From NCBI GenBank assembly GCA_903919185.1, contig CAIXHF010000087.1:18270-82269 (forward strand): DNA of 64,000 bases, written 5' to 3'. Under the pieces are notes generated by a model, which was not told the origin of the DNA, did no database searches, and worked only from the letters and a program-made list of their open reading frames with translations. How positions within the stretch are numbered: the stretch's first letter is position 1; each line of letters starts with the position of its first letter. Positions 34,692 through 44,301 of this stretch are shown in pieces. Source of the DNA: an uncultured Opitutia bacterium (lineage in GTDB: Bacteria; Verrucomicrobiota; Verrucomicrobiia; Opitutales; UBA953). The position numbers and the translations under genes are program-made.

Positions 34692-36275
34692 TCAGCCGCA
34701 ACCGCAACTGCCCGTGCCGCACCCGCGTTTAGCGAGGAGGCGTTGCTCAATGGCGAGCGAGGTCGGAGTAATGGACAACCCACCCAAGGTCGTGCAGCGC
34801 AGTTCGCGGGGCATCTGCGCGGAGACACGCTTGGCAGTGGCAATGACTTCGTCGAATGGAATGACCTGGTCAAAGCCCGACAGGGCCATGTTCGCACAGG
34901 AGAGTGCATTGGCGGCCGCCATGACATTCTTCCCGAGGCACGGGGCCTCGACGCGATTAGCAATGGGGTCACAGATCAAGCCAATCATGCTCTGCATGGC
35001 CATGGAAGCAGCCGCACAGGCCTGTAGGGTGTCGCCGCCGGATAGAGTCACGAGCGCAGCGGCCGCCATGGAAGCAGCAGAACCGCCTTCGGCCTGACAG
35101 CCACCCACTTCCGCGGCGAAGGTCCAGGCGGTCGCAATAAAGACGCCGATGAGACCCGCGGCGAGGAAGGCACGGGCGACGTCTTCGTCGGTCTGCTGCC
35201 GATCTTCGGCCAAGGCGATGACGATACCCGGTAAAGCGGCGCAGGCGCCGGCCGTCGGCATAGCAATGATGACGCCCATGCTGCTCTTCACTTCCATCAT
35301 AGCAGTGACGTACAGAATCCCACGATTCAGCGAACCGGCATCGAGCAAGCGTCCCGCCGCCAGCTCGCGAGCGAACCCGCCCGACTGGAACCCAAGGACG
35401 CGGTCTTCGTACTGCGTACCCGCTAGGCCTTGGGCGATCGAACGACGGAGGATACGCACCAAGGCGACCATCTTTGCGAGGACTTCGGCCTCGGTCAGGC
35501 CACCACGCGCAGCCTCATAGGCAACGGCATGCTTCCAGAGCGGTACGGGAGACTTAGCATGCACGGCGAGGAGTTCGGCGCAGGTGCTGAAAGGGACGTG
35601 ACTAGAGCGACTGGAGAGCACCGGTAAGACCGGCGAGAGGCGGCGGAGTGCACGCAACTGGCCCTTTGCCAGCATCGCCGCCAACGGGGCTTCTGCCATG
35701 GGGCGCAAGTCAGCCAAGATGGCTAAAGAGCCGGAGCCGACCGCTTGGCAGCGAATCGTGTCCGCAACGACTGGCGCCAAGGCGTCCGCCAAAGCGGACG
35801 TTGAGAGGTCCGACCAAGCGAGCACGACATACGCATCGCCGTGTAAAGAAACCGTCACGCCGTCGATCTCGATGACTTCCATCATGCCACCGCCGGTGGA
35901 GATGGCTTTTAGGAAGTGTGAGCCGCGGGCGTTCTTCAGCGTCAGGCGATAGGTATTGGGATGCTCGTCATGAACATCGACCGTCTCAATGCGCACCTTC
36001 ACCCCGCCCTCCTGGATAATGCGCATGGAGTCGCGCAGACGATCGTCATCCGCTTCCCAGCCCAGCAAGCCCCCGAACAGGCCCATGTCGGAACCTTGGG
36101 TGTCATGCGTCGTTGGCAACGAGCCATGCACATCAAACTCAACCAAGACCTCGGCAATTTCGCCGCCCATGAGGTCACGGCCTAAACGGCCAATGCGCAG
36201 GGCCGCTGCACAATGCGAGCTGGAGGGACCGCGCATCACGGGTCCGATGACATCATTAAAGATACTGACGAGCAT
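34692..36275 (-). CDS. sdaA: L-serine ammonia-lyase (Fe-S dependent, fused beta-alpha)
   Basis: ORF trimmed to the ATG at 36275 (MLVSIFNDVIGPVMRGPSSSHCAAALRIG). The alpha domain contains GGCQAEGGSA. It ends in an unusual tail, RGCGTGSCGCG. Confidence 0.85.
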   Translation of the reverse strand: MLVSIFNDVIGPVMRGPSSSHCAAALRIGRLGRDLMGGEIAEVLVEFDVHGSLPTTHDTQGSDMGLFGGLLGWEADDDRLRDSMRIIQEGGVKVRIETVDVHDEHPNTYRLTLKNARGSHFLKAISTGGGMMEVIEIDGVTVSLHGDAYVVLAWSDLSTSALADALAPVVADTIRCQAVGSGSLAILADLRPMAEAPLAAMLAKGQLRALRRLSPVLPVLSSRSSHVPFSTCAELLAVHAKSPVPLWKHAVAYEAARGGLTEAEVLAKMVALVRILRRSIAQGLAGTQYEDRVLGFQSGGFARELAAGRLLDAGSLNRGILYVTAMMEVKSSMGVIIAMPTAGACAALPGIVIALAEDRQQTDEDVARAFLAAGLIGVFIATAWTFAAEVGGCQAEGGSAASMAAAALVTLSGGDTLQACAAASMAMQSMIGLICDPIANRVEAPCLGKNVMAAANALSCANMALSGFDQVIPFDEVIATAKRVSAQMPRELRCTTLGGLSITPTSLAIEQRLLAKRGCGTGSCGCG

Positions 36276-36349
36276 GGAGAGGGGTACGATCGCACTGGAC
36301 CGTGGCCCAACGATGACCGAGCGCACCCCGGGGTCAAACCCTCAAGGGC

Positions 36350-37291
36350 TCAGCGCGCGATGTCCGGAAAGTCCGTGAAAAGGCCGTCAACCTTGGCCTC
36401 CTGCGTCAGGAACCGGTAGTAATCCTTACCATCTGTGAAACCCTTGGGCAAAGCATCGGTCCTGAGGGTATAGGGATGGACCTTAAGACCGACCGCATGG
36501 GCCCGTTCGACCAAACCTGTGGGCTTGCGACCTTCGGCAATGGCGGAAAGCGCTGGCCCAATGCCATCGACGACCTTGGCAATCTCCTTCAAGCCATCGT
36601 CGGTGTCGATGAGCGGAGTCTTCCCACCGGCGAGTAAGACGAGTCGACCTTTCCAACCGAGTTCGTTCCGCAGGCGTTGCAGCTCTGCATATTCAAAGCA
36701 TTGGACGTAGCAGAGGTCAGTCTTGGTGGCGTAGCCATAGCGTGCCAAGACCGCCAACATCTTCTTAGAAAGGTCCTGCCCTTCTTGACGGTGCCAAGCC
36801 GCGAGTTTCACTTCGGGATAAATACCGACCTTTCGGCCGGTGCTCTTGTTCAAGCCTTGGATGAAAACAATTTCCTCCTCGAACGTGTTAATCCGAAACT
36901 CACCGACACCAGCAGGGAAACGTCCGGCATAGACGGCCTTACCGGTCTTCGGATTAAAACGTTCCAGCACGCGCAACTGGCGGACCTCTGCCAAGGTGAA
37001 GTCGATCGCGTAGAAACTGCCATTCGCACGTTGCCGACCAGGAAAGCGGGTCGCGACATCGGTCGTACTGTCCAGCATGACATCATGCTGCACGATGAGC
37101 GCGCCATCCTTAGTTAGGACGAGGTCCTGCTCGAGGTAGTCGGCGCCCTGCGCATAAGCCAAAGCCTTAGCGGCCATGGTATGCTCGGGGAGATAGCCGC
37201 TGGCGCCGCGATGGGCGATAATGGTTGGCGCCGGCTCGACCGCGAACAGCCGCGCACAGCAGAACGCGAGGAGCGCGGTGCAGGCTTTCAT
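36350..37291 (-). CDS. glpQ: Periplasmic glycerophosphodiester phosphodiesterase
   Basis: 313-aa ORF with a signal peptide. GDPD motifs: IIAHRGASGYLPEHT and YLEQDLVLTKDGALIVQHD. Confidence 0.85.
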   Translation of the reverse strand: MKACTALLAFCCARLFAVEPAPTIIAHRGASGYLPEHTMAAKALAYAQGADYLEQDLVLTKDGALIVQHDVMLDSTTDVATRFPGRQRANGSFYAIDFTLAEVRQLRVLERFNPKTGKAVYAGRFPAGVGEFRINTFEEEIVFIQGLNKSTGRKVGIYPEVKLAAWHRQEGQDLSKKMLAVLARYGYATKTDLCYVQCFEYAELQRLRNELGWKGRLVLLAGGKTPLIDTDDGLKEIAKVVDGIGPALSAIAEGRKPTGLVERAHAVGLKVHPYTLRTDALPKGFTDGKDYYRFLTQEAKVDGLFTDFPDIAR

Positions 37292-38043
37292 TTCACCAGC
37301 GCCTGCAGGGCCTTGGCGTCCACCTCGCTCAGCTTGCCGCGGTAGGCCACGGCGACGTCCTTGGGCTGGTAGATGGTCTTATACATAACCAGAGCGGCGA
37401 GGTAAGTGCCTTTAAAGTCGGGGTGCGAATTATCGGCGACGTGCAGGCGGTAGGGTTGCTTGGACTGGTAGTTGCGTTCCCACGCATCGCCGACCGGAGC
37501 GACGAGTGCATCATTGGCCTTGGCGACATTGCCATACCAGAGGCGGAGGCGGGCCTGCATCTCGGCCGGGTCCTTCCCGACGTTGGCGTTATAGTCCTTT
37601 CCCTGGGTGGTCCAAGAATCGGCATGACGAGCCCAGGTCTCGTAAAAGACGATGCGGACCTGCGGGCTCTTGGCTCGAATGCGCTGGCAAAGCGCAGCGG
37701 CACTCTCGACGAAATCCTTACGAATAGTCGGGTTGACCTCCGCGAGGGCTGGCTCCTGGCTCTGCCCCTGCAACACGACGATATCCCATTTACCTTCGTC
37801 GATCGCAGCGAGGCTCTTCGGCTGGACGGTGAGGTGCTGTTTGAATGTCTGACCGCCCGGGGTCTCCGACTTGATGACGGGGACCTTGAGTCCAGCACTC
37901 TTTAAGACCTCGGCAAAGACATCTGGTAACTTATTAACGTGCGTGTAGCTATTGCCGATAAACAGCACCCGCTCGGGCTCAGCCGCCAAGGCCGCGAGAA
38001 ACGAAAAGCAGAATAAGCCAAGCCATCTGAGGGTGCGCCGCAT
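37288..38043 (-). CDS. SGNH/GDSL-like hydrolase (DUF4886-like)
   Basis: 251-aa ORF with a signal peptide and a VLFIGNSYTHVNKLPDVF block. ATGA overlap with glpQ. Confidence 0.6.
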   Translation of the reverse strand: MRRTLRWLGLFCFSFLAALAAEPERVLFIGNSYTHVNKLPDVFAEVLKSAGLKVPVIKSETPGGQTFKQHLTVQPKSLAAIDEGKWDIVVLQGQSQEPALAEVNPTIRKDFVESAAALCQRIRAKSPQVRIVFYETWARHADSWTTQGKDYNANVGKDPAEMQARLRLWYGNVAKANDALVAPVGDAWERNYQSKQPYRLHVADNSHPDFKGTYLAALVMYKTIYQPKDVAVAYRGKLSEVDAKALQALVK

Positions 38044-38122
38044 ACACCCAAGTCACAGCAGCGCACCGCAAGGAGTCAACCCCTGCCCTTGCTTCCGTCC
38101 AAGATGTAACCAGCGTGTCCCT

Positions 38123-38938
38123 ATGCGTCTCCCCGCGCTCCTCCTACTTACTTCCCTCGCTTCCGGTTTGGGCCACGCCGCCGAACCCGCTAAAGGCCCT
38201 GCCCCCACCGAGGTCGCCCGCTTCCATGCGGACGAAGCCGTCCAAGGGGTCGCGGTCGATGGCGAGCATCTGTACGTAATCGCCGACCACGCCCTCGGCA
38301 AATACCGGAAAGCGGACGGCACGAAAGTCGCCGCTTGGACGGCGCCCAAGGACTCCAAGATCAAGCACCTCAACGCGGGCGTCGTGGTCGCTGACAAGCT
38401 CTACTGTGCCCACTCCAATTTCCCGCTAAAGCCCGACGAAAGCAGCGTAGAGATCTTCGATGCGGCGACGCTCCAACCGACAAGTCGGCACGTATTCACC
38501 AATCCACCCGGCTCCCTGACTTGGGCAATTCCCTATCAAGGCGGGTGGTTGACATGCTTCGCCCACTACACGACGACGAGCGATAACGCACTGAGCCGCA
38601 TCGTACAGTTCGACAAGGAATGGAAAGAGCTTCATCGCTGGTCCTTCCCCGCCGAACTGCTGAAGCGCTTCGGTTGGTCCAGCTCCTCCGGAGTCAGCTT
38701 AGTCGGCGGCGAACAGCTCCTCGTGAGCGGCCACGACGCCCGGGAACTCTATGCCCTCACGCTGCCACCCGAGGGCGGTGAAGCCCGCTGGGTGGCGACC
38801 TGGGGCTTCTTGACCGCTGGGCAAGCCTTCGATGAAGACCGCGCCGCCAGCAGTAAGGAAAAGGGCTGCGTGCTCTACTCCATCGAACGAAAGACGAAGG
38901 AAGTCGTCGGCGCCCGCTACCCCGCCGCCGTCCGCTGA
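38123..38938 (+). CDS. Secreted hypothetical protein (beta-rich)
   Basis: ORF trimmed to the ATG at 38123 (MRLPALLLLTSLASGLGHA signal). No family was recognised. Confidence 0.55.
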   Translation: MRLPALLLLTSLASGLGHAAEPAKGPAPTEVARFHADEAVQGVAVDGEHLYVIADHALGKYRKADGTKVAAWTAPKDSKIKHLNAGVVVADKLYCAHSNFPLKPDESSVEIFDAATLQPTSRHVFTNPPGSLTWAIPYQGGWLTCFAHYTTTSDNALSRIVQFDKEWKELHRWSFPAELLKRFGWSSSSGVSLVGGEQLLVSGHDARELYALTLPPEGGEARWVATWGFLTAGQAFDEDRAASSKEKGCVLYSIERKTKEVVGARYPAAVR

Positions 38939-38986
38939 GCCGCATGCGGCTTGTCAGCCCGACTGCGGCCCGCTAACTCCTTGCCC

Positions 38987-39841
38987 ATGTTTCCCCTCTC
39001 CGGACTCGCCGATGAAGCGGCCGACGGCATCGACGGCCAAATCGCCGCCCACCGCGAGCTGGGCTGGTCCGCCCTCGAGCTGCGCCTCCTGAACGGCAAG
39101 CAGTTCGCCAGCGCCGCGGTGACCGACGACGAGTTCGCCCGCGCGCTGGACGCCATCGACAACGCGGGGATGCGGGTGAGCGGCTTCGCCTCCGCCATCG
39201 GCAACTGGAGTCGCCCCATCAATGGGGACTTCGCCCTCGACCTCGCTGACCTTCGCGTGCTGATCCCACGCATGCACCGCGCACAAACGCGCTTCGTCCG
39301 TACGATGGGCTGGATGCAGGCCGGGACAGCGGATCCTGTTTGGCGCGATGAAGGCATCCGCCGTTACCGCGAACTCGCCAAGCTAGCCGCCGACGCCGAC
39401 ATCGTCCTGCTGCACGAAAACTGCGAAGGCTGGGGCGGGACATCGCCGGACAACGCCCGTGCCTTCATGGAATCGGTCGACCACCCGAACGTCCGGTACC
39501 TCTTCGACATCGGGAATACGGTCTCCTACGGCCTGCCCACCCTGCCCTTCTACGAGGCTGTGAAGCCCTTCATCGCCTACGTCCACGTCAAGGACGCCCG
39601 TCGCAACCCAGCGGGCGGAAAGAGTAACGCCTTCACCTACCCGGGCCAAGGCGAAGCGCAGGTGCGTGAGGTGCTCGCTGACTTACTCCGTACGGGCTAC
39701 ACGGCGGGCGTGTCCATCGAGCCGCACGTGGCCAGCATCGTGCACCTCGGCGAAGGCACGAAGGCCTCGCCCGAAGAACGCTTCGCGTCGTATGTGAAAT
39801 ATGGCCGCGAGCTTGAGGGCCTGCTGAAGTCACTCGCCTAA
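38987..39841 (+). CDS. Sugar phosphate isomerase/epimerase (xylose isomerase-like TIM barrel)
   Basis: ORF trimmed to the ATG at 38987 (MFPLSGLADEAA). Family-typical blocks: GWSALELR, VLLHENCEGW, YVHVKD, VSIEPH. Confidence 0.7.
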   Translation: MFPLSGLADEAADGIDGQIAAHRELGWSALELRLLNGKQFASAAVTDDEFARALDAIDNAGMRVSGFASAIGNWSRPINGDFALDLADLRVLIPRMHRAQTRFVRTMGWMQAGTADPVWRDEGIRRYRELAKLAADADIVLLHENCEGWGGTSPDNARAFMESVDHPNVRYLFDIGNTVSYGLPTLPFYEAVKPFIAYVHVKDARRNPAGGKSNAFTYPGQGEAQVREVLADLLRTGYTAGVSIEPHVASIVHLGEGTKASPEERFASYVKYGRELEGLLKSLA

Positions 39842-39846
39842 AGCAA

Positions 39847-39885
39847 ACGGGCGGCCACCAGGCGCATAACCCGATGACCGCCCGT
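39847..39885. terminator. Hairpin between convergent genes
   Basis: Perfect 8-bp stem ACGGGCGG (39847-39854) / CCGCCCGT (39878-39885) with a 23-nt loop and no clear T tract. Confidence 0.35.
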
Positions 39886-39908
39886 GCGGTAGTTGCAACG
39901 AATCAGGC

Positions 39909-40706
39909 TTACTTGGCCGGGGTCGCGGCCCAGACCTTCAGGTCATCGATGCAGCCATCCTTGCCGGCCACGCCAAACTCGAAGCGCGACTTAGTGGCGT
40001 GGGCGATACCAGAGGACTTCAGGTAAGCAACAGGTGTCCCGTCAACCGTCATGCGCATTTCTTCGCCGACGGTCTCAACCACGAGGGTGATCCACTTACC
40101 GGCTTCAAGGGCTTGCTTAACCGGGAAGGTCGCCTGACGGCCCAAGAGGAGCTTGGCGACTTCCGCCTTCTTGGCCGGGTCGTTCTTCATCTCGTAGATG
40201 TCGTTGCGCATGTTGCCGTCCTTCTCATCGATGATGACCGCGGAGAAAGATTTGTCCTTCGGGTTAAAGCGCAACTGAGCACGGCAAATATGGCCGTAGT
40301 GGCAACCCGTGTACTTACGGTCGTCGAGTTCGATGTCGATCATGGCCGCGCCATCGAAGCGGACCTTGAGTTCGATAACACTATCCTTGGTCGGGACTTC
40401 GAGACCGTGCACGGCAGCATGCGCGGTAACCGCCGGCTTGCCGTCGGCGGCCGGGACATTCTTGTCGCGGGTCTGGATGCCCTTGAGGACGCCGTCGGCG
40501 ACGGTGAAGGTCGGGACGACCTTGACCCAGCGCTTATCGGCTTCGCCTTTGCCTTCGAAGTCATCGGAGAAGAGTAGTTCGCCCTTCTTGGCAATGGACT
40601 CCGCAGGAATAGCGGGGAGTTTCTGCGCAGCGGGGGCAGCTGGCTTAGGCGCGTCGGCCGCGAAGGCGGCCAAAGGAGCGAGGGCGAGGATGAGGAGCGA
40701 TTTCAT
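39909..40706 (-). CDS. DUF1080 (3-keto-disaccharide hydrolase-like) secreted protein
   Basis: 265-aa ORF with a signal peptide. It shows the LFSDDFEG...WVKV...FTVADGVLKG pattern of the family. Confidence 0.6.
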   Translation of the reverse strand: MKSLLILALAPLAAFAADAPKPAAPAAQKLPAIPAESIAKKGELLFSDDFEGKGEADKRWVKVVPTFTVADGVLKGIQTRDKNVPAADGKPAVTAHAAVHGLEVPTKDSVIELKVRFDGAAMIDIELDDRKYTGCHYGHICRAQLRFNPKDKSFSAVIIDEKDGNMRNDIYEMKNDPAKKAEVAKLLLGRQATFPVKQALEAGKWITLVVETVGEEMRMTVDGTPVAYLKSSGIAHATKSRFEFGVAGKDGCIDDLKVWAATPAK

Positions 40707-40721
40707 GAGTGTATGGAAAGC

Positions 40722-43307
40722 TTAGCGGGCGAGGAGTTGGAACTCTTGGATGGCCCAAGGCTGATTATTCTGGGTCTCAGCGATGGTAACCTTGACGAAC
40801 TTCACCGAAGCTTCCTGCGCGAAGTAGGTCTCGGAAAGGCCAGGTAGACCGCGTGTGCTGCCGAGGGCGACCCACTTCTTGCCGTCGACGGAGCCTTCGA
40901 CCTTATAGGATTTGGGTGAGGCACTGGGACGAGAGGAGTCGTCGAGGCGGAGACCGGAGACGGTCTTGGCTTCCGGTAGTTCGACCTGATACCACATACC
41001 CTTCTTCTGGTTAGCCTTGGTCTCCCAGCGGGTCTTCATATCCCCGTCGCAGCCCTTCTGCGCGAGTTCAAGTTCGTCGCTGGCGGTGACTTTCCACTCC
41101 GTGGCCGGCTTCACCACCTTAGGCAAGGCAGCAGCCAGAGTCTCGACGGTCCAAGGCTGCGTCACGGCAGCGACTTCCTTGCGTATGCGGGTGACGTCGG
41201 CGGCCGAAATGACAGCGCCATGGTTACCAAAGGAATTACGGACATAGGAGGCAACGTCGGCGATCCATTTGTCATCGTTCATCGGCATCGGAACCATCTG
41301 GGCATCGTAAGTCTTACCAGCAATTGGACCCGACATACCATTAAGCAGCACACGGATGATGGCGTCGCGGTGACTCCGGACATTCGTGGAATTCGCCAAG
41401 GGGGGCGCGATAGTCATGCCAGGCTTGGGACCGTCCATGGACATACCCTTTCCGTCGTAACCGTGGCAAGCGAAGCAGAGTTCACGATAGATGGCCTGAC
41501 CACGGAGCAGCTGGTCATTTTCTTCTTTGGAGTAATCCCTACCGCCGACGGTATCGTTACCAATGAGCACCACCGCACCGAGTTCCTTTACGCCTTTGGA
41601 GGTCGAAGTCATCAGGCTTTGTTGGATGAACTTGGGGCTATCGGGCCAAGCCTTGACCTCGTTTGAGCCAAGGAGCTTCGCCGTCATAAGGAGTTGGAGC
41701 ACCACCGTGGCGTCCTTGTCGGCGGAGAGTTTACGGAACTCGGCGATGAGGGTCTTATCGCCCGCACGAACCAAGCTTTCGCCCGCGCGAAGGCCTTGGG
41801 CACGGAGATGAGCATCGGCGTCAGACAGGAAGGCCGTCACGACCTTGGCGTCGAGCGCACCGAGTCCTTCGAGAGTCCAAAGCGCATGGATACGGCCGAG
41901 GGCGTCCTTACCATGCAAGGCGAGTTCCGTGAGCGCGGGAACGACCGACTTGTCGCCCTTGACGACGAGGAGCTTCTGCGCGGTGTCGCGCCACCAGCCG
42001 ATGGGGCTGCTCAGGTGCGCCACGAGCTGGGCCGGGGTTTCCTCAAGCATGCGCGGTTGCGGGCCAGGCTTAAAATCATCGTGGACGAGGCGCCAAATAC
42101 GGCCGTGAGCAGCGACCTTATCCAGCGAGTACTGCTGAACGACCTTACGTAGGTAACTACCTTCACGCACCCAGTTGCCTTCCTGGATGATACCGCGGTA
42201 CATGTCGACGAGGTAGAGACAACCATCAGGACCGACGGTCATATTCACGATGCGGAAATTGGGATCCGAAGAACGGATAAACTCGTCGTGGCCGTGCGGA
42301 TTGGAAATCCGCGTGATGCCATCGTCGACGGCGACCTTCGCGCGGCGGACGAGGCGGCCGACCGGCTCGGAGATGAGCACATCGCCACGGAAGTCCGCCG
42401 GGTAGCGATCGGTGCGCACGACTTCCTGTCCGCAGGAAGCAGTGAAGTGGTTCAGCTTCTTATCCGGCAAGGTGCGACCCGCGCCACCTTGGTGGTCAGC
42501 GAGGCCGATGAGCGGCCAGACCTGCATGAAGTCTTCTGGAAACTGGCCCTTGAGGTCGTAGGCGCCGTAAAGGATTGGCGTCTGGAAATGCCAGAGGCCC
42601 TTCTCACCACCCGCATTGCTCCACCAGATCTTTCCCTGATCGTCCTGCGCGAGGCCCCACTGGCCACCGCCATTCGGGATGGTTTCCTTCAGCGGTGGCT
42701 GTGCACCGTTCCAGCGCAGGCGGTAGGCATTGTAGGTCTGGTACAGGTTATTGTCCAAGGCCCAGATGAGTCCGCTCTGCTGGTGCTCAAGGTTGCCTTT
42801 CTTGGGTCCGCCCTCGAACCAGAGCTGCTTCGAATCAGCCACGCCCGTTCCCTTGGTATCGCGGTAAACAAAGATGTCCTGCGTATCGGTCTCGTTGATG
42901 AGGACACGGTCGTCGAGCGGTAGGACCATGCGCGGCAAGATGAGCTTGTCGCGGTAGATCATGTGCTTGTCGAAACGGCCATCGCGCTTGGTGCTTTCAT
43001 GACGGGAAACGACGCTGATGGGGTCATGTTCGTTCTTGCCGTCGATTTCCTGCATGTAGGTGCGGAGCTCGGCGACATACATCCGACCGTTACCGTCGAA
43101 GGTGACGTTGACTGGCTCACGGACGCCGTCGCGTTCGCTCAGGACCAGCTCGAGATGATAGCCTTTGGGAAGCTGGATCGCGGCGAGTTCCTGCTCCGGG
43201 GTGAGCGCCTTGACTGCCGGCTGCGGGGTGAATTCAGGGACGTAGGTCGGCTGATCGGCGGCGATCGCCAGGCCGTAGGCCGCCAAAAGAAAGAGTGATT
43301 TGTTCAT
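40722..43307 (-). CDS. PVC-type heme-binding CxxCH protein (putative membrane-bound dehydrogenase domain + HEAT + cytochrome c + discoidin/F5-8C)
   Basis: 861-aa ORF with a signal peptide. Propeller block: FDGNGRMYVAELRTYMQ. HEAT-like repeats are present. Heme motif: CFACHGYDGKG. C-terminal segment: DGDMKTRWET...WYQVELPE...VSGLRLD. Confidence 0.8.
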   Translation of the reverse strand: MNKSLFLLAAYGLAIAADQPTYVPEFTPQPAVKALTPEQELAAIQLPKGYHLELVLSERDGVREPVNVTFDGNGRMYVAELRTYMQEIDGKNEHDPISVVSRHESTKRDGRFDKHMIYRDKLILPRMVLPLDDRVLINETDTQDIFVYRDTKGTGVADSKQLWFEGGPKKGNLEHQQSGLIWALDNNLYQTYNAYRLRWNGAQPPLKETIPNGGGQWGLAQDDQGKIWWSNAGGEKGLWHFQTPILYGAYDLKGQFPEDFMQVWPLIGLADHQGGAGRTLPDKKLNHFTASCGQEVVRTDRYPADFRGDVLISEPVGRLVRRAKVAVDDGITRISNPHGHDEFIRSSDPNFRIVNMTVGPDGCLYLVDMYRGIIQEGNWVREGSYLRKVVQQYSLDKVAAHGRIWRLVHDDFKPGPQPRMLEETPAQLVAHLSSPIGWWRDTAQKLLVVKGDKSVVPALTELALHGKDALGRIHALWTLEGLGALDAKVVTAFLSDADAHLRAQGLRAGESLVRAGDKTLIAEFRKLSADKDATVVLQLLMTAKLLGSNEVKAWPDSPKFIQQSLMTSTSKGVKELGAVVLIGNDTVGGRDYSKEENDQLLRGQAIYRELCFACHGYDGKGMSMDGPKPGMTIAPPLANSTNVRSHRDAIIRVLLNGMSGPIAGKTYDAQMVPMPMNDDKWIADVASYVRNSFGNHGAVISAADVTRIRKEVAAVTQPWTVETLAAALPKVVKPATEWKVTASDELELAQKGCDGDMKTRWETKANQKKGMWYQVELPEAKTVSGLRLDDSSRPSASPKSYKVEGSVDGKKWVALGSTRGLPGLSETYFAQEASVKFVKVTIAETQNNQPWAIQEFQLLAR

Positions 43308-43327
43308 GATGAATTAGTTAATGGATT

Positions 43328-44284
43328 TTAGAAGCCCTGTCCCTTGACCAGGGTGCGCAGGACAAAGACGTCGTGGTTGGAGGTGACGAAGAGGGTCTTA
43401 CCATCTTCACCCCAAGCAAGATTGGCCGTGGGTTGATGGAAAAGGATCGTGCCGAGGTGCTTACCTTCGGGAGTGATGATGAGCACGCCGCCCGGACCAG
43501 TGGTCCAAAGGTTGCCGCGCTCGTCGACCTTCATGCCATCGCAACCGCCGGGGCGATCCGCTTTCTTGAGCGGTTGCGCCACAAAGACGTCGCGTAAGCC
43601 AGCGCCGTCCAAGCCACAGGCGGTGACGCGGGTCTTGGCGTTGTCGGAGACGGCGAGATAAAGCGTCTTTTGGTCAATGCTGAGGGCGATGCCGTTCGGC
43701 CACTGGACTTCCTTCGTCACGAGCGAGACCTTGCCGTCGGTCGCGAGCTTATAGACACCATGGAAACCTTGCTCGGCCTTCTGTCCCTTCGGCAAACCGT
43801 AGGGCGGGTCGGTGAAGTAGACTGAGCCATCCGCGCCCACGACGAGGTCGTTGGGGCTGTTGAACTTCTTGCCGTCGAACGCGGTCGCCAAGGGCTTGAA
43901 CTTCCCATCGCCGAGGGACTGACCAATACGACGGGCGCCATGCTGGCAGAGCAAGAGGTTACCCTTGCCGTCGACGGCAAGGCCGTTGGAGCCCTGGAGA
44001 TCGGAAGGCTCATCCGTACCGCTGGGCTGCAGGAAGACGGTCGGAGCGGTCTCGCCACGCTTCCATGCGTAGGCGGTGTTCTTCGGGACGTCCGAAAAGA
44101 CGAAGCGGTCCTTGAACCACACGGGGCCTTCCGCCCAACCATAACCCGTGCCGACTTTTTCGATTTTCACATCGGCCGCGACCAAGGCGTCCAACGCAGA
44201 GTCGAGCTTGTCCACACGGGGGGCGGGGACTTCGGCGGCCAAGGCGGCGGAAGCGAACAGCAGAAACGGGGCGAGGGCTTTCAT
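43328..44284 (-). CDS. SMP-30/gluconolactonase/LRE-family protein
   Basis: 318-aa ORF with a signal peptide. Motifs: WAEGPVWFKD, PNDLVVGADGSVYFTDP, WPNGIALS, CDGMKVDERGNLW. Confidence 0.8.
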   Translation of the reverse strand: MKALAPFLLFASAALAAEVPAPRVDKLDSALDALVAADVKIEKVGTGYGWAEGPVWFKDRFVFSDVPKNTAYAWKRGETAPTVFLQPSGTDEPSDLQGSNGLAVDGKGNLLLCQHGARRIGQSLGDGKFKPLATAFDGKKFNSPNDLVVGADGSVYFTDPPYGLPKGQKAEQGFHGVYKLATDGKVSLVTKEVQWPNGIALSIDQKTLYLAVSDNAKTRVTACGLDGAGLRDVFVAQPLKKADRPGGCDGMKVDERGNLWTTGPGGVLIITPEGKHLGTILFHQPTANLAWGEDGKTLFVTSNHDVFVLRTLVKGQGF

Positions 44285-44301
44285 GGCGGGGAATGGATAG
44301 A

